DNA of 62,992 bases, counting the filler, from Kipferlia bialata (Eukaryota): assembly GCA_003568945.1 (NCBI GenBank). It is 5 parts of 5 records of this genome, joined end to end, with 100 filler letters (N's around TTAATTAATTAA, not from the genome) between each part and the next. Parts side by side here need not be neighbours in the genome. Positions count along the whole stretch, not along the records: positions 41,620 to 55,384 come from BDIP01000904.1; positions 55,485 to 62,992 come from BDIP01000946.1; 3 more parts are not named here. One strand, written 5' to 3'. This document shows positions 50,870 to 62,992 of the stretch, in pieces. The notes under the pieces were generated by a model. That model made no database searches. It was not told the origin of the DNA and was given only the letters and a program-made list of their open reading frames with translations. The translations under genes and the position numbers were made by a program. The first letter of the stretch is position 1. Each line of letters begins with the position of its first letter.

Positions 50870-51036
50870 GTGGTAAATAGAGTGAGTATTGTATACTGTC
50901 AGTGCGTGGCGTCTCTCTAGTTAGAGGGCTGTTGCACTGACATGAATGAGAATCAGAATGGATAAATGAATTGCGTTATGTAACTGAGAGTGGTGTCGTC
51001 TATTGATGCTCACATAGCAGAGCTGCACGATTCACC

Positions 51037-51522
51037 CTACAACTGGAACCCCCCCTGTATGTTGTGGTTGTGGGGCTGGAAGCGGGTCACCATCTCTCCC
51101 AGACGGACCTGGGGGTGAGGATGCATATGCATATATAGTCATTCATATATACATAGTCATGATGAGGATATACATATGGTCACGAACACTGTAGTCATAG
51201 ACATCAGTTGTAATTGACAGTAGTATGTTTATACCTGCATCAATACCTACCTCCCTCCCTTTGACTGCATGTGTTATGTATATATGTATGTATATATGTA
51301 TGTATATATGTATGTATATACATCGGTCTCTCTCTCTCTCTATTTATACTCACCTGCATCAATGCCTCTCTCCCCGCCTCCGACTGCATCAGTCCCCCCT
51401 GGGACAGTGCCTCTGTGAGTAGGAAGGACCTGTCATTGACAACCTTGGCATCCGCTATACCCTTGGAGTCCTAGAGATTAGTATATATATATATATACTA
51501 CATATGTATATGGCTATATATG

Positions 51523-51560
<38 letters not shown>

Positions 51561-54500
51561 ACCTGGCATCGGCTGTGCCCTTGGAGTCCTAGAATGAGTT
51601 TATATAGTACAGTATGTATATATATAGAGGTAATATATAGTATGTGTATACGTAGACTCTTATACACATATGTATGTGAAAGTGTATACAATATTCAGAG
51701 AATCTGCACCCACCTGTACACAATGTGCCAGTGATCTGTGCAGTGTGAGTGCCTCCTGCTCCAGTCTGTGCACTATGGCCAAGGAGGTCATGCCGTGGCT
51801 ATCGGTGGCCCTGGTGCCTGACACAACCCTGTAAGTTAGGGCGTATACACCATACCGAGAAGAAGGCTATTCAGTTTAGCTAGTACTTCTTCCATATACT
51901 CGGACTCCCCACCTGTCAAAGTCCCTCTGCACATCCGGCCTCACCCTCTGGGCGTCCCTCTCTGCCACTAGCTGTCTCTCCCTCTCCCTCTCCTCCCTCT
52001 CCAGCTGGGGCAGGAGAGACAGGTGGGCTAGGGTGGCTGAGATGGCCTCATGCATGCCTGGCATTAATGTACACCAATGTTTGTATATATATATAGAGAG
52101 AGATCAACAAGCCCACCTGCCACTGCCTGTACAACTGGTGTCAGGGAGTGTGCCTCCACCCTGGCCAGTGCCTCTGTATAGACACCCTCCTTGGTGCAGG
52201 GGGTGGCCTTGCCCTGTCTCCCTATCACCCTCTGCTTGTACGTGGCATGGGCTCGTCTGATATAAGTATATGTATACAGATATAGATACATACCACCAAC
52301 TTTTACGTCACATGGGCATATCTGGCATTAGAGTCTATATATACATGTAAGTATGAATATGTAAGCGAATGACATGACAGATACTCACCGAATGTCCCCC
52401 TCGATGTCCAGCCCCTCCCCCTCGGCCTCTGCCCCAGGGTTGTCCACCCCCCTCCCAACCCCGGCTCTCCCCCTTCCCTCCAACCTTTGCGCCTCAACTC
52501 TCTCCTTCTGCGCCTCCCGTCTACTCTCTGCCTCGTTCGCCCTCACCTGCACAGCCAAGGCAGAGAGAGTCCCCTCCACTCCCTCCCTCAGTGCCTGTCT
52601 CATACCCTCCTGGGCCCTACCCATAGCCATGCCACCCCTCATGTGTGTGGCTATGTCATGCACTAGTGAGAGAGTGCAGGGGGGTATGGGGGAGGGTCTG
52701 GGTAAGGATACACCCTTCCACATCTTGGCAAGGCCCTCGCACCGCTCCTCCCGAGAGACACCAACCTGGGAGTAAGGAAACGTGTACTAAAGGAAAGAGA
52801 GAGAGGCTCCTCCCGTTAAACACCAACCTGGAAGACAGATAACTCTTTGTATACGAACAGAGAAAAAGAACATATTACTCACTGAGAGTACATCATTGTG
52901 CACTATACATACCTTCTGCCCCGTGGACAGCACAGCCCCGGCCTTGGCCCCCCTAATGCTATCGAAGAACCCCTTCCTGGACATGTTCCATATCAACAAG
53001 GCCCACACAGAGGCACTTCCAGAGGGGCCAGCCTTCTTGGCACCTGGTTTTGCTACTCTTACTGGCCTAGCCCCTGGTCTAGCCCCTGCTCTTGTAGACG
53101 ATGCTCCAGAGGCAGCAGTCCTTGCCCTAGGTACCTTGGGGCCTGCTCTCTCTCTCTCTCTCTCTCCCTCCCTGGAGGGTCTCACCCCAGTAACAGATGT
53201 CCTACCCGATCTAGAGCCAGTAGGCGGCTTGCCCCTACTGCTACCGGCAGTTCTAGTGGTAGGCGCGGTCCTTGCGGTTCCCATACCCGGCCCTCCCCTT
53301 CTCTCCCTCTCTACCCCAGTCTTAGCCTTCCCCCTAGTACCTACATTGATCGTTGGCTTGTTCCTTGTACCTGACTGGGCATTCTGCTTTGCCCCAGTCT
53401 GAGGTGTGATGTTGCCCCTAGTACCCACATCTGTCTGGGGTGTGTGGTAGTCCATGGCGGCATGTGCGGATAGCATGGGGGGCAGACTGGGAAGAGAGGG
53501 GTGCAGGGCAGGGGCGTGTCTCGCATATGCCCCATGAATGGTGCTGACACAGGAGTCAGAGAGCGCCTGATATTAGATATAGATATGTAGATATATACCA
53601 TTACGATATAGCATATGCCCTGTACATAATACTGACACAGGAGTCAGAGAGGACCTGATATAAGAGTTACACATATAGAGAGTCTGAGGGTTAGACTATG
53701 CCCCAGGCCTTGTAGACACAAAGAAGGATTCGCCTGCACTTGTGCTTATTCGACTGTGAGTACATAATTATTGTACTGACCTGTGTCCCCTCTGCACACA
53801 CACACATATATATATACATACAAGTAGTTAGGTATATAGAGTATACAACTACATATGTGTGTATATATAGTGTACACATATGCACCTGTGCCTGTTCGAC
53901 TGTGACCTGTGCCCCCTCTGCGTTGCCCCACTCACTCTCTCCCTCCCCCCCTGTGTCTGTTGTTAATAGTACAGCAGGGTGCACCTGGCCCAGACAGGGG
54001 GGGAAGGCACCCCCGTCAGCTTTGTACCTAGAGTAAGTGCGGTGGATAAAGAGTTCCCTACGCCCCCATATATATATTAGGCACGGTCGCCATTTTCCCT
54101 GATACTGGTTCTATCCATGAGTCCAGTGTGCCAATAATTGGATATATACTGGGTCTCAAACTGACACACAGTATTGGCTAATTCGCGAGATAGGCTCACG
54201 ATTGTCTGCATCAAAGTGTATTCAATGGAATATACTAGTGTAGCTACACCTCTGGTACTGGGTGTCAAAGTGACACGGTATATATATATATATATATATA
54301 TTATTATATATATAATATCATTCATACTACCTCTGGTACTGTGTGTCAAACTGACACGGGTCAGAGTCGGCACTCCTCTGTCTCTCTCTCTCTCTCTCCC
54401 TCTCGATAGCCTGTACAACCTGACAGTGAGCGTATGATATATCCTCGTATCCTCATTGGTACATACTCATAGAGAGAGAGACACAGAAACATATGTATAT

Positions 54501-54610
54501 ACCTTGGTAGAGAGACCATCAAATAGAGCAGCGTCTGGGTGTAGGGGTGGGTCACTGGGTGTGGTGACAATGTCAACAGAACCACAGGGGGAGGTCTGAA
54601 TGTATGAGTG

Positions 54611-54644
<34 letters not shown>

Positions 54645-55281
54645 ACAGACCCAGAGGAGGTGGTCTGGATGTTGGAACAGGGAGAGAGGGGAGGGGGGGG
54701 GGGGGGGAACAACTCTGGGATCATACAACATCAATACCTCAGTGATTACGCTTAGTCTGCAGATCATATAAAACTCATATATATGTTACACAACACACCA
54801 ATACCTTAGTATCTATGCCCAGTCTGTCCAGGGTGGCAGATGCAGACTAACTATTATATATATTATACGTGTAATATAGTGCTATTATCCATATGAATCA
54901 TAAATATATATAGTACCTCCGTGGCTATGCCCAGTCTGTCCAGGGTGGCAGATGCAGACTGGTACACAGCTGACAGCTCACGGGTCAGGTGGTGTCTGGT
55001 TGTGAGAAGAGAGAGAGAGATAGTAATACACATATGCCTATATATATATAGAGAGGGGGGGGGAAGAAGAGTGAGAGAAAGAGAGAGAGAGAGGATAGCT
55101 CACGGGTCAGGTGGCATATATATGGTAAACATAAACATGATGAGTCATCTAGCTTTCTAGAATTTAGTGACAAGTAGGATAGAGAAGGAAGTACAATCCA
55201 ACATTCACTCACTCATGCAGTCTCAGCACCGTGTCAGTCTCTCTGAAGAGCACACAGAAGCGCTGGAGCTCGGCAATACCC
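51037..55281 (-). CDS. Hypothetical multi-exon protein with a basic low-complexity region, 5' end missing
   Basis: Exon-like blocks with canonical splice signals (GIAELQRFCVLFRETD; ASVWALLIWNMSRKGFFDSIRG; VVNDRSFLLTEALSQGG; final VRLGEMVTRFQPPQ...FQL*). No family recognised; continuity across the G-run near 54690 not verified. Confidence 0.5.
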
Positions 55282-55384
55282 CTAGGGTGGGTGACAATGG
55301 GACCACTTAACTTGCATCTATCTAGGAGATTGCGAGGGGAGGGAGTGGGTGGGGGGGGGGGGGGGGGGGCAAAAACGCGCTTTC

Positions 55385-55484
55385 NNNNNNNNNNNNNNNN
55401 NNNNNNNNNNNNNNNNNNNNNNNNNNNNTTAATTAATTAANNNNNNNNNNNNNNNNNNNNNNNNNNNNNNNNNNNNNNNNNNNN
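55385..55484. other. Artificial contig linker
   Basis: N44-TTAATTAATTAA-N44. Confidence 0.98.
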
Positions 55485-55551
55485 TTATAAGAACCTGGTG
55501 TTTCCCCCCCCCCCCCCCCCCCAACACGTATTTTTGCCTCTGACTGGCAGG

Positions 55552-56134
55552 TGTTCAGGATCCAAGAAGAGTGGCGCCCTCAGACGAGCACTAGCCTCTA
55601 CCCTGGGCAGTGCAATGGGTACGAGAACTGTGCATTGTACTGACAGAGTTTGCTTCTAGGCCTAGTAAGACATCATCACAATATTAGCACAATCGCAGGG
55701 TGTTTCTCTGCTTCTCCAGATGTGTCTCTCTGTCTCACGTCTCAGGTGGCGATGTCCCCTTTGTATACTGTGTGGAGATATCCAACAGTCATGGCCCCCC
55801 CGTGGAGACTCCGCAGCTCACCAAGGAGAAGGAGTGGGAGAGAGAGAAGGAGAGAGACAGAGACACGGAGACGGGGGAGATGGATCCAGACCACATAGTG
55901 TACACACCAGACGTGTATACACAGGTATGTCCTCAATTCTTGGCTGCTGTCACCGTCGTTTGATTTCAACTGTTTGTCCACTGTCCTTATTGTGTCTTCG
56001 TAGTCTTAGGTCGTTGTGATGTCATGTCTCTCCCAGGGCTCATTGCTAGGTTGGTGGCTGCATTGGGGAGACGCTGGCCGATATATATGGGGTCTAGATG
56101 GTCCTTGTGCGTGTGTCACCCTCGACCTTGGTGA
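55552..56134 (+). CDS. 3' exons of an unidentified gene
   Basis: Three GC-rich blocks bounded by AG/GT (e.g. GDVPFVYCVEISNSHGPP...YTPDVYTQ). End uncertain. Confidence 0.3.
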
Positions 56135-56682
56135 TGTCAAGTCTACTCCCAAGTGTACTCTAGCTCGTTATTACTGCTGCTAGTGCTGGGTATTTGCACA
56201 AAGGAGGGTTTCCTTCTCGCCACCCGGCTGTTTCAATATAGTGTCAGGTTGTATAGATCTACTCGATCACAGTGGTATTGGCAATACATTCTCTCCTTCA
56301 CACGACCTGGGATCTCTAAGGGTTCGCCATAGTGTCACTTCACCCTCACAATATCCAGCAAATATATATCCGTACTAGTCTTGTATTTTCCCATCACATC
56401 ATATGATGTTGACCTCATATTGAGTGAAAGACCACGATTAATTACTTTAGGGTCCCTTTAGCCAAAGTGGGAAAAGAGCCCCGCCTTTGTCGCGTGTATA
56501 GTAGAAGCGCCATTCACCTCTTGGTTCTTCTCAGGTAGTGAGAAGAGAAGCCGGCCACCAGAGCCTGCTACTGAGCCACAGAACAACACACTCGAGACCA
56601 AACCCTTTCAATTCTTTTCTTATTCTTTTTTTGGCCTACAGTCAGTGGCTTCCAACTGCACCATTTTCAGCCTTGACCCGCG

Positions 56683-58774
56683 ATGGAGGCCTTCCAGAAC
56701 CAGCTTATCAGCATGGAGGTGGGTTAGTAGTGGTCAGGCCCACTTAGAGTACAGAGTCCGTTGTTGATACTGTGTCAGTGTCGAGGTCTAGTCGTACCAC
56801 GTCCTTTTCTACCCTTTTGAGATCGCATAGAGACCATAGCACATGGTATTCCAGTTAAGTTGTGCTTTTTATTTTGTCTGTGCTGACTATCAGAACCGGA
56901 CAGGTGTCCGGACTACCTGGAATGTGTTCCCCAACGCTCGGAGTGACCTTCTGAGGAACGGTGTTCCTCTTGGACTTGTGTACAGCCCCCTTAAGGTACG
57001 ATCCCTATAGCTGAGTTGTGCACCTCATTGTAGTTGTGGAGGTCTGATATATCTTCTAAGTGACATGTATTCCTGATCTCTGTGTCTGTGTACAGTTCCA
57101 GGAGAAGTGGCTGTATTTCACAGACTGGCTGTTCACTACTCCCTCTTGGCTGCCTGTAGTGAGTGTATTCACTCTGATATCCAGGACATTGAGGGCATTC
57201 CTCAGCTGCAGTACAGCCCTGTCAAGTGCAAGCGGTGCCACTCTGTGCTCAACCCATTCTCCTTCATTGACTTCGACCAGAAGAGGTTCATCTGCCCATT
57301 CTGCCAGCAGCAGAACGCCCTACCTCCCAATTACGGAGGTACCAAACATATATTGCTATCAATGTCAGGACCAACACTTTCTGGCTGTGCATTGGAAGTG
57401 CATTCATCCACATATCAAGTGTCTCCCTCACTCCAGATATCTCCCCCCAGAACCTGCCTGCCGAGGTCATCCAGTCCTTTGGGAGTGTGGAGTACATCTC
57501 ACCCGCACCCCACCAGAGTCAGGTATAAAGTCCTCTCAACTCTTGCAGTGTCATATCATTCAGTGTTATTGGCGAATGAGGAGGTGTACCTCATATGATC
57601 CATTAGTCCTTACCCCCAGGAGTCCTCTCCCGCTGCCCCCGCCTTCATGTTTGTCCTGGATGCATGCATGCCGGACAAGGAGTTCGAGGCTGCAAAGGTA
57701 TCAGGGTCTGCACATCTTCCCTTACCACGACTTCTGTTGCATAGTTTGTGGACACGTTTGCCTTTCTATATTCTTAGGGTACATGTATACCCTATCTATC
57801 TTTACACCGTCCCTTTATCTTTGACATAGTGTTTGGTTATCTTACACTTCACCTCCTGTTGTGTCCTCTCACTTCTTACCCTTCTAGGAGCAGCTCCTTT
57901 GGGCTCTGTCCGTCCTGCCAGAGCACACCATTGTGGGTCTCATTGTGTATGGCACCACAGTGCAGGTCAGAGCAATGTGTTTTCAGTCTTCTAAAGCGGT
58001 TTCGGGTTGCTGATTCTTGTTGTTCACTGGCACTGACGTTGCAGGTGTATGAGTTGAGGTTTGAGGTGTGCCCCAGAAGCTATGTTTTCAGGGGCCTCAA
58101 GGAGATCCCAAGCAACCAGGTGTGTTGTGGTTCATATATACATGGAGTGCTGGAATGGGATGGTAGGCTGTCTTGTTACCTTTCATATGTTTGTACCCCC
58201 TCACCCAGGTCGAGGAGGGGCTTGGCCTTAGGAACAGGGACCTGCAGAGACAGAACATCCTCAGGACCATAGGTTAGTGAGTATACCCCCCCCCTCCCCC
58301 CCCGTTCCCTCCGTGTCTGTCTGACCCCAGGGGAGGTTGAGCTGACCCTCCCTGCCATTGTCGAGGGTCTGAGGCCTGACCCCTGGGACGTCAAGGACGA
58401 CAAGAGGCCTTACAGGTGCACAGGCGTTGCGCTGTCCTTGGCCGTGTCCATTCTGGGCAGACTGCTCCCTGGTGTGGGGTCCAGGGTGGTCCTACTCACA
58501 TCGGGCCCTTGCACACTGGGACCAGGTACATGTATATATGCACGTGGATATGTGTGGATGTTCTTATGTGACGTCAGTATTCTGTTTGTAGGCGCACTCT
58601 GTTTACAGCTTGTGTAGTTGTCAGTCTTCCAATATCTCGATATCGAGCGTCTGTGAGATTTCTATTGTTCAGCACCCTATGCCTCCTGCCCTGTAACCCC
58701 CAGGCCAGACTGCCTCCATTGAGCTAGCCGAGCACATGAGGCACCACTCCGACATGGAGGACGGGGACCACAAG
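56683..58774 (+). CDS. SEC23: COPII coat subunit Sec23, N-terminal part; truncated before a poly-C tract
   Basis: GVRTTWNVFP...VPLGLVYSPLK, zinc finger CKRCHSVLNPF...CPFCQQQN, FMFVLDAC, VGLIVYG, SYVFRG, DPWDVKDDKRPYRCTGVAL, GPCTLGPG. Confidence 0.95.
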
Positions 58775-58871
58775 GTGGGTGGCGGTGTACGGTATCAGTC
58801 TCAGTCTCCGTGTCATTGATATAGTGGACGGGGACCACTCGGTGGGTATCTGTTAGTGGGTGTATGGATGC

Positions 58872-58921
<50 letters not shown>

Positions 58922-59451
58922 TTCTTTCCCCCCCCCCCCCCCCCCCCCCCGCCAAAACACACACACTCCCCCCCTCGCTCTCCCCCTCTACTGCATATAC
59001 TTTTGGATATAGTATCAATACTACTTGAATCTACTGCTAGTACCAGTAGTAATTCTGATAGACAAGGCATGATCAATTGGTTTTAAACTACTAGGATTGC
59101 TGAATGTAACTCCATAATTGTATACTATATAGAATACTATATGTAACTTACTCCAGATGATGGTGAGTTTCTTAGGCTATGGTGATTTTGTAACTGAGTC
59201 CAAAAGAGTAATAATTGTCATTTGATTGGTTGGTTGGAATATATCATTTGTCATTTCATATTTGGAAAGTGTTCTAAATGTAACTTATCCTACTATTGTG
59301 ATATTCAATGAATTATTAAGAGTGCTGAATGTAACTCCATAATTGTATACTATGTAGAGCACTTAATGTAACTCATTGCAGCAGACGATAGGTTCCTACG
59401 CTGTGCCACTATGGGTGTAACCGATGTGGAATGCAGGGTGGGTATATATAT

Positions 59452-59491
<40 letters not shown>

Positions 59492-60409
59492 TTCACTCTT
59501 TACACCTTGTATTAAGACTAGTATATTGTGCCACTATGGGTGTATCCGATGTGGAATGCAGGGTGGGTATATATAGATACATATGTATATAAATTAGTTA
59601 GATGTTCTGTATTCTAGATATAGTATATGCATATATATTACTTAGATATTTTGTATAATTTGTATTTTGTATGTATATATTGTACTGTAAAGTTCTATAC
59701 TGACATTCATTATGGTATTTTTGTTATACATGGTATATAGCATATACTACAAAGTATAGTAACCATGTATACAGTGTTTTCTATATACAACCGATGTGGG
59801 ATGACAGTAGATATACATTGCTATATATATTCTCCAAGATATCCTTATCCCGATATCCTTATCCCTTTATCCTTATCCTTGTATAGTTCTCACTCTGAAG
59901 TGCAAAGTGTCAGTATCCTCTGAGAACGGCTGCTGCCTGAAGGTTATCGAAGAGGGAGACGTATATGCACACTCTATTTCGTGCAAAATCATGGTATGTC
60001 ATATATATATTTAGTATATGACAAATGTGGTTATTCATATATATGCTACCCCTATCTATATCACTATATATAGTATATATTATATGTCACTATATATAGT
60101 ATATATTGTATACCAGTATTAAAATTTATATGTATGCTATATATGCATTTAGTTGAACACTCTGATGCATGTAACATCTTGATATGTCGTATGTACAGTA
60201 TAGATATATGCTAACAACGTATGTATCCCTGTATTATCAGGTACCAGTTCTAGTTTACGTGTAACAGCTTGGGAGGCCCGTTCCATATTTCAGTTAGATT
60301 CTATATACTGTGTGTATAATTTATGTATGTAGAGTATGTACTATATTAGACGGCGCCATATTGTATGTGCCTTTACCCTTACTCTTGCAGCCCTGCCATC
60401 AACGGTATT

Positions 60410-60582
60410 ATATATAATATATAAAAAATATATAAAAAGTATATAAAAAATATATATAATATATAATATATAATATATAATATAATATATAATAATATAT
60501 AATATATCGATATAATATATAATATATATAATATATAATATATCGATATAGATATAATATACAATGTATATTATAATACTAT
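60410..60582. repeat. Almost pure A/T microsatellite ((AATAT)n/(AATATAT)n-like)
   Basis: Directly visible low-complexity tract. Confidence 0.85.
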
Positions 60583-60895
60583 ATTCTACATGAGACATAC
60601 TGGTGAGTGGGTGGAATGTGGACTGAATTGAATGGGGTTTGAGCATTGTTTGGTAACATCATATCTCTCACCCAATTTCAGTCTTCGCTCCCCTTTCGTG
60701 TTCACCCACATATATACGCATATAAATATGTGTATAGAGGACCCAGACCTTAGTAGTGACACAATATCACTCTGGCATCTATTCTCCTGATATCAGTCTC
60801 CCCCTGCGTGCCCACCCACATATATATAGAGTGTATGTATACAGTGCTCATGACTCTTTATGCATGTGTATCTGTCATCTACTCTCCTCATAACA

Positions 60896-62351
60896 GTCTC
60901 AGCTCCCCTTGCGAATTCAGCGTTACCCCATCCATACTCTTCCAACCCGCCGTAGGGAGTTTGCGGGAGAACTACTGGATGTATGCGGTGACATTGTAAG
61001 AGGTGCCAATGTATGATACATTTATGATACATAATGTATTATACATTATGTATCCCTCTATATATGTATCGAGAGAGGGGAAGAGAGAGATATTGATACC
61101 GCAACATCGTAACAGGTACAAAAGTATAAGGAGTTACACCCAGACACACACATATGTATATATATATATACAGTTATTGTAGTAGTTAATACCTAATGAA
61201 TTACTAAGTAATTGAGTGTTCATTACGTACATATGATTTCAACATCCAAGGTTCATCTTACATCCAGAGTAGGGCAAGCACTGCATTAATAGTCAGTACG
61301 TGATACTCTTCTCCCAATCTAATTTTAGGTGTGGCAGTGGTTTCACCTACCGAGGTCCTCTGCGCAAGTGACGCAATGGATGATCCAGCCATGTGTATGG
61401 TTACGCTGCCTGAGAGTAGCACTGTAGACGGTAACCCTAGTCTGGGAAGGCCATGTAGTGTGGAGCAGATACATGTGCCCAAAGAGGGGTGTGACATCAC
61501 CGAGTGGTCGTTCCAGGTACGTGTAGGGGTAGCTTCAACTGATTGATATCCTCTTGTTATATATTACGTCAGCACTTATCATACCATGTGATATCTCCAA
61601 CCAGTCGTACTATATCCTTGTGACCTCTATACCTAACCTCAAGGTTGTAGGCTCTGAGGTATATGCTATCCCAGACAGCTGTGAATCAGAGGGGGACATC
61701 TATGTGTACGTCCCAGAGACCAAGGACTGGAGGGCACTACCTGGCTTCATTCATGGAAGTGGGGATGTGGAATCTCGACACATATTCACTATTGACCAGT
61801 GTATCTATGTCCCTGTCACTGACAAGACAATCAGTATGTCCAAGCTCTGGCGCTACACTCCTGAGACAGCAGAATGGGAGGCGTTGCCTCTCTGTCCCGT
61901 AATAGCGGGTAGAGATGATGCTTGTGAGTTTGACGGGATTGCAACCACCACAACCACCATGTACGGAACCTTCAATGGGACAGAGATGTACAGCTACACC
62001 CCTGGCTACAGTCAAGAGTGGCAGTCCTTGGAGGTTGTCCCCGATGACCTGGAATACCTCATATGCACCCCTGTAGGGCCATATCTGGTTTTTCATCAGT
62101 GCGATATGGAGAGTACAACAGTGTATGACACCATATCGGGTGAGTGGATACACACTACCAGAGATGTGAAGGCGCTCTTTGGGGAGAGAGGGGGGGCTGA
62201 GTATTCCATGGTTGGGTGTCCTGGTTTCAGCTATGGCGAGATGAGTCCTGTTAGAATTGTGTCAGATGCTTCTGGTGTGTATGTGAGTGTACTTATGGTT
62301 GATACTGCCATTGCCCAGAATGGGGGTGGGGGTGGGTTTACTACTGATTAG
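60896..62351 (+). CDS. Kelch-like beta-propeller protein; further 5' exons may lie in 59385-60770
   Basis: Blade-like segments VVGSEVYAI...IYVYVPETKDWRALP, FTIDQCIYV...LWRYTPETAEWEALP, MYSYTPG..QEWQSL, PVGPYLVF...VYDTISGEW. Confidence 0.65.
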
Positions 62352-62992
62352 GCTGTAATAGGACTAAGAGGCAACACTTCGAAGAGGTAGTGAATTTCCA
62401 TGACAGTGTTACGAAAGATTTCCAACTCCTTGTAAGCAGTAAGAACAGAATGAAAGTCAATGTAATCACAGCTCATACACTCAAAGTGTGAATTTCTCTA
62501 ACATTCTTTCTAACACAAGTATACTACTTTCAGTTCATTTAGAGATATACTTAACCAGACTCTCTGCGTGACCAATAGGACTGGCAATTTCTGAGGAACC
62601 GGTTCCCAGACGGTTCTGACAATACAACCTTCGGGTCTCGGTCGAAAGAGAGAGAGAGAGAGAGAGATAAAGAGACTACCCCACAGTGTGGAATGTGGAC
62701 CACACACTCTCTAACTTCTCGTCAACCGTGAGGTAGTACTTGCTACTTCGGAGTCAGACGGAATACTGTTCCGTGACTGAAGTTCCATTTCGACTACACC
62801 CTTCGATCCCAAAGAATTTTTGTGTCCGCTGATCCTTTACCTCTCTTCATACCCCCCCCCCCCCACACCCACAGTACTATGTGTAACCCTGCGAGGGAAG
62901 GACACCTAGGCACCCACATACCCCTCTCCCTGTGGAGTGTTAGGTTTGACACCCCTGATGCCCTGGTAGCAGCAGTGGAGGCAGAGTCAGAT

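Noticed and set aside
62546..62645. ATACTTAACCAG plus AATTTCTGAGG resembling a U1 5' end and an Sm site
   Set aside because: Mismatch to ACTTACCTG, and no U1-70K or U1A loop motifs; insufficient support.

Overview
Eukaryotic, intron-rich protist DNA. It is not one locus but five concatenated contigs (1-13776, 13877-27649, 27750-41519, 41620-55384, 55485-end) joined by artificial N44-TTAATTAATTAA-N44 linkers; the first four are 13776, 13773, 13770 and 13765 bp, i.e. size-sorted. GT-AG introns with the branch point set right against the acceptor (CTRAC/CTCAC-(C)n-AG), TA/CT microsatellite-filled introns and the gene content suggest a free-living fornicate such as Kipferlia (inference, unverified). 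Most ORF-track entries are spurious; genes were rebuilt by hand-splicing. Recognisable genes: PCID2/Thp1-like PCI protein, a large ARM-repeat protein, a bacterial-like hypothetical protein, helicase-associated (HA) domain proteins, a Tc1/IS630-like HTH protein, TrmO/TsaA, a pseudokinase-SPRY protein, Bax inhibitor-1 family, TMEM104-like transporter, a divergent copine, BBS5 (3' half), RPB8 (5' part), a secreted GH13 alpha-amylase, Sec23 (5' part) and a kelch-like protein. The most striking pattern is polarised 'exon stuttering': introns carry 1-5 partial copies of the adjacent exon end plus its splice site, and many copies differ from the intact exon mainly at synonymous positions. Also, half-genes abut each other at poly-G/poly-C tracts, including an in-frame RPB8-BBS5 junction; misassembly is the most likely cause.
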